DNA of 63,387 bases, filler included, from Folioceros fuciformis (lineage: Eukaryota), in NCBI GenBank assembly GCA_049999805.1. It is 3 parts of 2 records of this genome, joined end to end, with 100 filler letters (N's around TTAATTAATTAA, not from the genome) between each part and the next. Parts side by side here need not be neighbours in the genome. Positions count along the whole stretch, not along the records: positions 30,626 to 60,028 come from JBNGIO010006136.1; positions 60,129 to 63,387 come from JBNGIO010006154.1; 1 more part is not named here. The stretch is one strand, 5' to 3'. Both the position numbers and the translations under genes were made by a program. Positions within the stretch are counted from its first letter, which is position 1; the number at the start of each line of letters is the position of its first letter. The notes under the pieces were generated by a model that searched no databases, was not told where the DNA came from, and was given only the letters and a program-made list of their open reading frames with translations. This document shows positions 55,142 through 63,387 of the stretch, piece after piece.

Positions 55142-58100
55142 CTACGTCTTGTAGATTGGGAGATCTGTGAAATTCCAGTCGTCGTCCACAAAGTCAGTTT
55201 TTGTTGTCGCTGAAAAGAGATTGCATGAACGCGCAGGTGTGGCGGACTGGTATGAGAGGAACTTATGAGGTTTTTCAGCGGAAGTGACCAAATCGTCGCC
55301 AGAAACAGGCTGACACTCCAAGGATTTGCTATCTAATGGTATGCTTGTGCATGCGTCCCTTCCAGTCTGTTGAGTATCCTGTCGTTCGGCCTTCGCCAAC
55401 AAGGTTCGATACTGCTGCGCTTCATCTTTCCTGCCGAGACTGCTACACATTTGTACGAGGTACCGAAGGGACTCCACATTGTCAGGGTGGGAGGCAGAGA
55501 TGTCCTTGTACTTGGCCAAAGCCATTGAGTATGCTCCGGTCCGCCGATAACATGATGCTGCCAAAAGCTGCCATTTAACCTGCAAGGCACTGCATGTCAA
55601 ACAACTTGAAAGGTGCTGTCTGGTGTGCCTTCATAGGTGGCGATGAAGGTTTTACCTCTCTAGGCTCAATTCTGTGAGCTAGGTTGAAGAAAGGCAAGGC
55701 CTTCTCATAAACCTCTGTCTTGGTGTAAAACCCTCCCAGCCAGGCTATGATCTCCATATTCACAGGATATACTCGGTGCGACTCGCTGTAATAGTGCAAT
55801 GCTTTCAGTTCATCTTCAAGGTTGCTGTGGAGATGACCCAAAGTGGCTAGAATACCAGCATCGTGCATGGCCCGCGTGTTCACTATCTCCAGCCACTTTA
55901 TAGCCTGGCCTACGTTTCCCATAAGCTCGTTCAGTTGCCCGATCTGGTTGATCACTCACAATAAAGCAATTAAGTGCGAGACAAGTGAAATTTGCTAAGC
56001 TACAATGAAGTCTCTATATCATGTGGTGGAACCTGAAATAGGACCTCCACGTTGTTAGAAAGAACATTGCTGAGTTTCTTAAATATATTCAAGGCATCGG
56101 GTAGGGAACCCAACTTCCGATGGACAAGGCCAAGGTTGTAGATGGCCTCGACGCAATCTACATCCACCTCTACAGCCTCTGTGTACGAAGCTTTGGCACC
56201 CTCGACATCACCCTGCCATGCTCAAGGAAGCATATTGTACTGAGGCAGATTATGATCATTCTCGACTGCAGTGATGACGACTGATTTAACAAAAGAGAGG
56301 ACACTTCAAAGATTACCCTAGAGAACAAGCAATTTCCTTTATTAACAAGTGCACAGACGTTGTATCGGTTTGTCTTCACAGCAAGCTCTGCATTTTTTTC
56401 TGCACTTGACAAATCCCCTTCGAGATAATACAGGAAAGATAAATTGGTTGCAGCGCGAGCTTTCAAGTCCTTCTCCTTACGCTGAAATTCCCTCAACAAA
56501 CCGATGGCCTGCAGTACAAACACGTCCTGATGAGCCATCTCCCTCGAGGTCCACCAGCTAGTCCTCCTATGTTCAGATCATTACTGCCAACCAAGTGCTG
56601 ACGGGTGTCAGCAGGAATAATTACTTGACTGTAGTTCTTCCTACGCAAATGTTGAATAGCCTTGTCCATTTCCATCTCATGAGCTAAAGCGACATATTGC
56701 TGATCTTTAAGCATGTCAATCACCCAGTCGTAGCCTTCCACAAAAGTAGTTCCTATCACTGGCGCGATAAGCCTAGCTGCAGTCAGTATGTACTTCGTAA
56801 CATGCTGCTGCCTGACCCGAATCTCCTCTTTGAGAGTATCATTCTGGAAAACAACAAAGTGAGAGTGCACCCGGGATGCCCCTGATATGTGCAGTGAGAA
56901 AGATTATCACGGCTAGAGGCATGGGGTTCTAAGAAGAGTAGTTACGGCACCCGACATTCCAGGGATCGTGTCTGAAACATACCTGGGCTCGGTCTGCATC
57001 AGATTCATCATCTGAGTCCAGATCATGGAGCCTCAATATGAGCATCTTGGTGAAGCAATTCCTCATCTTGTCAGCATTGCCCAGGATGTAGTAGCACACG
57101 ATGGAGTTATAGCCTGTCTGATGATCTAATTTCAGCTCCATGATAGCTTCAAATGACTGCACGGCATCCTGATGAAGGGCGAAGCGTCCATCAGACCCTG
57201 GAATTGGAACAAGAAACTCGGAACGTAGATCCCGGGCTCCAAGTCTGCATAACCTGATATTGCCCGAGCTTCATAAACGCATTGCCAATGTTCCGCATGA
57301 TCTTGTATCGCGTCTCCTTGTAGGCATTAGGCGTCTGGTCCAGAGCCATGCGGTACATCTTGATGGCTGCAGGGTACTTCCGCTGCTCATAATACACATT
57401 CCCCATATTCACCCTGAGCCTGCCACCGTGCGCAAACTGTGTCGACCTCTGTACATTCAGCGGACAAGATATGGAGGACACCCTGCCCTCACACAAACGA
57501 ACACAAAAGCAACCTGCTTGTTTTTTACAATCTGCGAGTAGGTGCTCAGCGCCTCCGACTGCAACCCGTTAACCTCATACTGATGCCCCAGGTTAAAGCA
57601 CACGGCAAACGTCAACTCCAAGTTCATCCTGTCACCCTGTACACTCACTCGTGAGATGGCAGCAGGAGAAAGCTGTAGGCAGCACACACAGTATTGGTGT
57701 CTACCAGGCCCGCCTGTTCTCGATACTTGCATAGAGCCTTCTCTCTCTTGCTGGCTTCCTTAGCCTTCTCCAGAGCAGACGCATGGTCCCCCTGCCCACA
57801 GCGAGCCCACATAAGCACGGGTTCCCTCCGATATCCCGGAACCGGCAAGGTGAGGACAGTAAAGTTACAGCAAGACTAGCAGCAGCACTGTCCCGCAGCA
57901 GCTGGTTCACACTGCGCTCCATCTCCCGGCCCTGCTGCTCCACATCCCCCGAATCCTTCTTTCCAATGGCCGCCGCCTTGACCCCTTGATTCAGCGGATC
58001 AAACCTGGCGCCCTGCCGTGCCCCGCTCCCCGTCATCTCTAGCGTGAAACCCAATCCAATCCGATCGTGCCGCGGCACGCCTCGCATGTTAACATACCCT

Positions 58101-58553
58101 CGACGAGTACCCGGCAGCTCGAACCGCCGTCATGGGCCGGGAAGCATCTGTGAGCGCCGCGGATGCAACCGAACGAGCCCGCGGCCTCCCAGAGCTGTGC
58201 GGCCTCCACATCGACGCAGAGTGCGCCGTGGGCGTCCTGCACGTGGTGCTGCGAGAGTCGAGAGGCGTGCAAGCCACGAGCCCCTGCGCACGCCAAAAAG
58301 AAAAAACATGTCACGTCGAAAAATCTCTTCACCGCCATCTTCCATGAGCACATGAGGCATCGATCGGTACACGCCAGTGCACCTGATTGTCAGATGCGGA
58401 TGACGGGACACTCAAAGGCCAACACTCGGTGCCGGGGTTGGGCCCTCTCGCTCCCAGAGCAGGCTGCTCCTCGTAGTCGTTGTAGCCCTCATACAGCTCG
58501 TTGTGGAAGCTCTGCATCGACGAGCGCACATCTCCACCCCGCACCATAGCCAT
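55142..58553 (-). CDS. IFT88: Intraflagellar transport protein 88 (TPR protein of IFT-B), multi-exon
   Basis: N-terminal ELYEGYNDY. Motifs SRPMTAVRAAGYSS, GRLRVNMGNVYYEQRKYPAAIKMYRMALDQ, RAATNLSFLYYLEGD, RYNVCALVNKGN and VKWQLLAASCYRRTGAYSMALAKYKDI...PDNVESLRYLV. Confidence 0.95.
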
Positions 58554-58861
58554 GACAGTTTTGCGTCTCCACTACACTGCACACTGCGGCGCACGCAATT
58601 GCCAATTCACAAACATTCCATGGGCAGGTTCTGACAATTCCCATAGGCCGCGACAAATTCGGTTGGGGTTTGCGGCGGCCCGGCCACACATGCATGGCAG
58701 CGACATGCATGCACTGCGACGGGACGCAGACAGAGGGATTTGTGACGGATGGACGCGACGGATGGGCGGCGTTTCGCTTGAGAGGGAGTGTAGTGGGGAG
58801 CTTGCGCTCGGGGAGCAGTGACTTTGAGGCAGACGGAGAAGCAGAGGCAGGGGCGCAGAGA
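58554..58861. promoter_or_regulatory. Putative bidirectional promoter between IFT88 and the protamine-like gene
   Basis: Only 308 bp separate the divergent ATGs. Contains MYB-core CNGTT sites (CAGTT 58556-58560; CGGTT 58660-58664, which reads CAACCG on the minus strand) and two RY-type CATGCATG motifs (58689-58696, 58704-58711). Confidence 0.6.
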
Positions 58862-59344
58862 ATGGGGAAGGCTCATAGCCATCACCGCAGGCGCAGGCAC
58901 AAGCACAGGAGTAAGCACGGGGGCGGGCACAAGCATGGCAAAAGAAGGAGGCCCCATCCCACCTACCACTACATGATACAGAAGGTGCTGTCGAGCAACA
59001 AGCACCGCGTGTCGGGATGCAGTGCAGACAGCATCGCGCAACTGTGCATGAAGATGTATGGGAAGAAGAGGGGGCCTCCTCCACTGCACATGGCCAAGCA
59101 CGTCCACAAGCAGGTTCGCCAGCTCTTCAGGAAGGGCAAACTAGCACAAAAAGGCCATCGCTACGTCCTGGCTGCCAATGTGAAGATTCACCGTCGTCGC
59201 TCTGGTCGGCACAAGGGCCACCGCAAAGGCAGGGGCCGCCATCGCCGCAGGCGCAGACGCGGACGTAAGCGTGGACGCAAGCACGGCCGGAAGGGCCACA
59301 AGCGCAAGCGTCGTCGCAGACGGAGGCGCCGCAAGCACCATTAG
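58862..59344 (+). CDS. Protamine-like sperm nuclear basic protein: linker-histone H1 winged-helix domain with Arg/His/Lys-rich tails (160 aa, intronless)
   Basis: HPTYHYMIQKVL...GCSADSI...Y...VRQLFRKGKLAQKGHRYVLA follows the H15 globular-domain pattern. The C-terminal 51 aa contain 26 R, 8 K, 8 H, 8 G and 1 S. Only one acidic residue in the whole protein. Confidence 0.85.
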   Translation: MGKAHSHHRRRRHKHRSKHGGGHKHGKRRRPHPTYHYMIQKVLSSNKHRVSGCSADSIAQLCMKMYGKKRGPPPLHMAKHVHKQVRQLFRKGKLAQKGHRYVLAANVKIHRRRSGRHKGHRKGRGRHRRRRRRGRKRGRKHGRKGHKRKRRRRRRRRKHH

Positions 59345-60129
59345 CTTCCTTCCGCTCTAGAGATATCTAGCACCTAGATATCTCTCTCCCATGGCACCCT
59401 GGGTATCTTATATATCTCTATGTACGTATGAAAGTCCTGTGGTGTCAAAAACGGAGCCATGCCCACAGCCGCAGGGCCTCAACCTCATCTCAAAACCCAG
59501 AATACACTATGTATTTCTCAAAGGAAGGAATCGAAAATCCTGAATGTGGGTGCCACTCCGACTACCTCATACTACGCCTACCACACCTTTCCTCCATTTC
59601 AATTCATCTCCGAACAACAAACAAACAAACACACACACACACTTCAAATCAAAATTAAAATGATCCCTTCCTCCTCATTCTCTTCTCTTCCTCTTCTTCT
59701 TCCTCTTCCTCTTCATGCTATCCAAATTCCTCTCCCCTCACCTCCTTCCCTAGTTTACCACTACCTATCCTCTTTCCTTCTTTTCAAGTTTTTTCTTTCT
59801 TATACACTTTGTGTTTCTACTTATATTTGTTGCCTTCCAAGTTGGACTCTTCTCAAAGCTAGCATTCTGGCAAGATACTTGTTGGTTCTTTCTAATTGGT
59901 TTTTTCTCCAAACTTTCTTTCATCCTAGGTACATGAGTCTTTTATTTATTTATTAAATATATTTATAACATATTTTAATTTATTTATTTATATTCTTTTA
60001 TATTTATTATGATAATTATAATTTATTANNNNNNNNNNNNNNNNNNNNNNNNNNNNNNNNNNNNNNNNNNNNTTAATTAATTAANNNNNNNNNNNNNNNN
60101 NNNNNNNNNNNNNNNNNNNNNNNNNNNNT

Positions 60130-60500
60130 GGGAGACAGGCTGGCTGGGAAAAAAAGGGGCGGTGGTTGGCTGACCGGGAAAACATAAATGCATCCAAGTG
60201 CTTGGGCCAGGATGCAGTATGCAGCTGTAGCTTGGGACAGGACAGGACATGGAAACGGTTTTGCTTTGGGGAACGGGCGGTGAGAGGGAGGCTGGCTGGG
60301 AAAAAATGTATGTATCCAAGTGCTGGGGCCAGGATCTCGAGACAGGACAGGACAGAACAAGGGTTTTGCTTTGGGGAACGGGTGGTGGCTGGCTGGTTGG
60401 GCAAAATGTGTGTATAAGTGCTTGGGCGAGGATGCACCATGATGATGGCGCTGTTGTTTGTGATGGCGCTGTTGTTTGTGATGGCGCTGTTGTTGCTGAG
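60130..60500. repeat. Interspersed direct repeats upstream of the unknown ORF
   Basis: CAAGTGCTTGGGCCAGGAT-like motif three times, GTTTTGCTTTGGGGAACGGG twice, and an 18-bp GATGGCGCTGTTGTTTGT unit three times. Confidence 0.7.
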
Positions 60501-61226
60501 AGATCGTTTGTTGTGTTCATCAGGCATGAAGACAGATCTATTTCTCCTAGTTCAAGACTAGTGAAGCATGATGCACGTTGGAACATTCTGGATCTTATCA
60601 GGAAAGAAGAGAATCCCTCCAAGCGGGAAGAGCTCTTGGAGTTGTTGGCGAGGAGCATGGAGGACAAGGAGAAGATGGTGAGGAGCTTTGAGGACAAGTT
60701 GTTGAGGAGCTTTGAGGACAAGTTGTTGGACAAGGAGAAGAGGATTGCAGACAAGGAGCAGATGATCAAGGTGATGGAGGAGAATACGAAATTCCGAATC
60801 CAATGTCTGGAGTACGACCTGTTGAGGGCGTCCAACTCCAATACTCTGAGAGGAGTATTTGAGTTCTTCCAAGACAAACTGGAGGCGATTGTGGGATTGA
60901 AGTTTGGTCGTCCAGACGGGAACAGGAAAGCTTGGTGGGCTGCAGTCTACAAGGCTCACCCTAAATTGAGTAACTGTTTACGGAAGGACACGGGCTGGGC
61001 ATCTGAAGAGCAACAGGCAAGTGGTATGGTTGCAATATACGCAACCCTTTCTGGGCATGTGCATAGCACGAAGTTTGACAGTGCAAACAGACTTGAGAGG
61101 CTCAAGAAGACCTGGAGAATTGTACGGGAGCCTCTGACCTATGAGCAAGCCCGGGCAATTGAGTGCATTGCGCATTCTTTAGATTATGATTTGGAACTTG
61201 TGGAACCGGTCTCGTATAATACTTAG
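60432..61226 (+). CDS. Intronless protein of unknown function: K/E-rich coiled coil plus alpha-helical C-terminal domain
   Basis: Open frame of 264 codons from the ATG at 60432 (frame open from 60249) with protein-like composition. Repeats RSFEDKLL, then LRGVFE...WW...IYATLSGHVH. The true start is uncertain. Confidence 0.6.
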   Translation: MHHDDGAVVCDGAVVCDGAVVAERSFVVFIRHEDRSISPSSRLVKHDARWNILDLIRKEENPSKREELLELLARSMEDKEKMVRSFEDKLLRSFEDKLLDKEKRIADKEQMIKVMEENTKFRIQCLEYDLLRASNSNTLRGVFEFFQDKLEAIVGLKFGRPDGNRKAWWAAVYKAHPKLSNCLRKDTGWASEEQQASGMVAIYATLSGHVHSTKFDSANRLERLKKTWRIVREPLTYEQARAIECIAHSLDYDLELVEPVSYNT

Positions 61227-61231
61227 AGGTG

Positions 61232-62760
61232 GACCAAATTTTTGATAGCATGGCCTCCAAAGATGTGACATGGAATGGGCTGATTTGTGGTTTTTGCTGG
61301 TCTTCTGAAGGCCTTTAGAAGCACTGGAGCCTTACAGAAAGGCAGTGCAACTCACCTTACAAAAGGGCAGTGCAACTCAGGCGGGCAGTTGGAATCTCAA
61401 ATTTTGAGAAGAGGACTGGTGGATGACAGGATGGTGGGCACCTGCCTAGTGGACACTGGAAGGGTGCATGCCAAGTTTTTTTGACAGCATGGCCTCAAAG
61501 GATGTAGTAACATGCACAGTGCTGATTGTTGAGTATGTACAGCATGGACTCGGCCAGGAGGCACTTCGTGTATGAAATGGAGCAAGCATGTTCTCTCGGA
61601 ATGATCGTGCTATCTCCAGACGACGTTCTGTGCCGTGAAACAGCACGAAGTAGGCAGGACCCAGTTAGAATCAGAGGGCAGTATGGTGTTCCATCTGCAG
61701 TTTCGTGTGGCAACTACTGGGTATCATGTGCCGGAGTGCTAGTCCAGTAATCTGCAACGCATAAACTTTCCTCGCAACCCTGAACCCATCCCAGCCTCTA
61801 CACGAAAGCTGAGGACCACGGACCTAGCCGTGACAATCTGATGAGAACGTGACTGCAGAGAATTTATTGCTTCTTATACATACTATGCAATTCGTCGCAT
61901 GTCACGGCTATGGAAACCGATGGCATGCCATGCCATCGGTTTCCACAATTTTAGGTCACGGAAAACCATGGAGGCGCTGAGCAGGCTTTGAGGTTGCACT
62001 GTGGGATGTGGGGGATGAGTTTGTGCAGCCCGATGAATACGTGTTTGGAGGTGCCGTCAAGGGCCTGAGACAGCATGGCTGCCCTGGCTGCTGACAAGTT
62101 GATTCGTGCTCTTGTCGTGGAAAGTGGTTGTGAGGGTCACGTCTTGGTGAGGAACACCGTCGTTGACACCTATGTCAAGTGTTGGAGCTTGGAGGATGCG
62201 CGTAGGGTTTTTGATGGATTGCGAGGGAAGTACCTTGTGTCTTGGACTGCTGTAAGAGCGGGGTGTTGAGTGCTCGAAAGGCGTTCAAGGAGCTATCTGA
62301 TAGGAATGGGGTTCCTTGGAACGCCGTCGTCCAGGGCCATGCTGAGAGCGGTGCTGGCCGAAGGACACTAGCGCTGTTTCAGCAAATGGAACAAGAGGGC
62401 GTACAACCGGAGATGCTGCTAGGTCGTGGTCGATGTCTCGATGAGGGAAGGACTTCATCTAGAGCACGCCATCTGAAGCCGGCATTGTAGTCTGCACAGT
62501 CTTTGCCCGGGCATGCCAGGTTCTTGGCAACGTGAAGCTCGGGAGACATGCTCTTGAGCAGGTCTTGCAGCTGGATGCAAGAGATGCTGCCGCATTTGTC
62601 TTGATGTCAAACATTATGTGGGAGCTGGTAACAGGGCAGAGAGCAACTACGCGAGGCAGAAAATATATGCGGGGGTGTTTGGAGTGCAGAAGGTACTTGG
62701 GCAGACTTGGATGACATGGCATAGCCATTTCGAATGCAGACCAATCTGCATTCATAATTG
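61232..62760 (+). pseudogene. PLS/E-class pentatricopeptide-repeat pseudogene
   Basis: Fragments KFFDSMASKDVTWNGLI, NTVVDTYVKCWSLEDARRVFD...VSW and WNAVVQGHAESG...ALFQQMEQEGVQP, plus E-domain GNVKLGRHALEQVLQLD...AAFVLMSNI. Frameshifts, stops and an internal non-PPR insertion. Confidence 0.85.
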
Positions 62761-62900
62761 CACCAGATGTCATTCACTGTTGGGTGGGCTGGGAGAAAAT
62801 ATCGGTAAAATTCAGGGTGCTATCGTCTCCTGACTTTTGCAAGGTGTTGAAGTCGAGGTTGTCGCAATTCCTACAGATGACCCTGGTGGGTTCGAGGGCG

Positions 62901-63387
62901 TCACATCAGGAATTCGACGTTCGGTGTAACATACTTCACAGGCTTCCTGAAACGCGGCAGTGTCAGCTGTGCAAGCCCGGCAACGCCACACGTCAGGACT
63001 TGCAGAACGAAGCCCTGTGAATCTTCGAAAACCACAGGAAACCTTGGCCTAAGCGAGCGCCTAAGCCAGCGCCAGGTCATCTTGCAGACCCAGACGACCG
63101 GCAAAAGGAGGATGTAGACAGGTGAGGTTATCCACTTCAGCCCTCCTTCGAATCCTAGTCGCCATAGGACGTACAGGAAACCAGCCAGAATACCACACAG
63201 GTGGCCCAGGAAGAGCCAGGAAGAAGAGTCTCTAAAAGCTACGTGCACGAGCGAAAGCTCTGCCCAAGGGGCGTAGCGGGTCGGCACCATGAAACCAAGT
63301 ACATCGATGAGGTCGGATCTGGCATGCTGGCTCAACACCACCTTCATCCCGAAAAGCACACAAGAGAACCCTACTCCGCAATGGTAC
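62901..63387 (-). CDS. Rhomboid-like protease (RBL14/RHBDD1-like), 3' part only
   Basis: GVGFSCVLFGMKVVL (catalytic Ser), VPTRYAPWAEL and FLGHLCGILAG (catalytic His). Runs off the window edge. Confidence 0.85.
   Translation of the reverse strand, partial: YHCGVGFSCVLFGMKVVLSQHARSDLIDVLGFMVPTRYAPWAELSLVHVAFRDSSSWLFLGHLCGILAGFLYVLWRLGFEGGLKWITSPVYILLLPVVWVCKMTWRWLRRSLRPRFPVVFEDSQGFVLQVLTCGVAGLAQLTLPRFRKPVKYVTPNVEFLM

Noticed and set aside
58670-58861. 224-aa version of the basic protein starting at 58670
   Set aside because: It starts at a non-ATG codon in the intergenic region. The first suitable ATG for the basic domain is 58862.

Overview
Eukaryotic, intron-containing plant DNA. It is gene-dense with introns of about 70-150 bp, has PLS-class PPR remnants and TTTAGGG repeats, and carries an IFT88 gene. 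This points to a seed-free land plant with flagellated sperm, such as a hornwort or Selaginella-like genome; the species cannot be fixed from the sequence. 1-13.4 kb is repeat-rich: a decayed LRR-like stretch, duplicated GC-rich hairpins, a full-length but decayed Ty1/copia element (5856-12002, CATTC TSD) with atypical accessory ORFs, and minisatellites. 13.6-40.8 kb is a compact gene block: F-box, DMWD/WDR20-like WD40, At2g33490-like BAR, GTS1/WDR89-like, TOM20, URGT-type transporter, TEL/Mei2-like, DHFR-TS and PLD-alpha. 41-51 kb is TE debris plus a 13x43-bp tandem array. 53-63 kb holds a dual-specificity phosphatase, IFT88, an H1-derived Arg/His-rich protamine-like gene head-to-head with IFT88 (308 bp between start codons), an intronless coiled-coil ORF of unknown family, a PPR pseudogene and a partial rhomboid gene. 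The best candidate for an undescribed system is the divergent IFT88 / protamine-like pair, a possible co-regulated spermiogenesis cassette. All family calls come from motif recognition by eye. Gene spans are start-to-stop and include introns.
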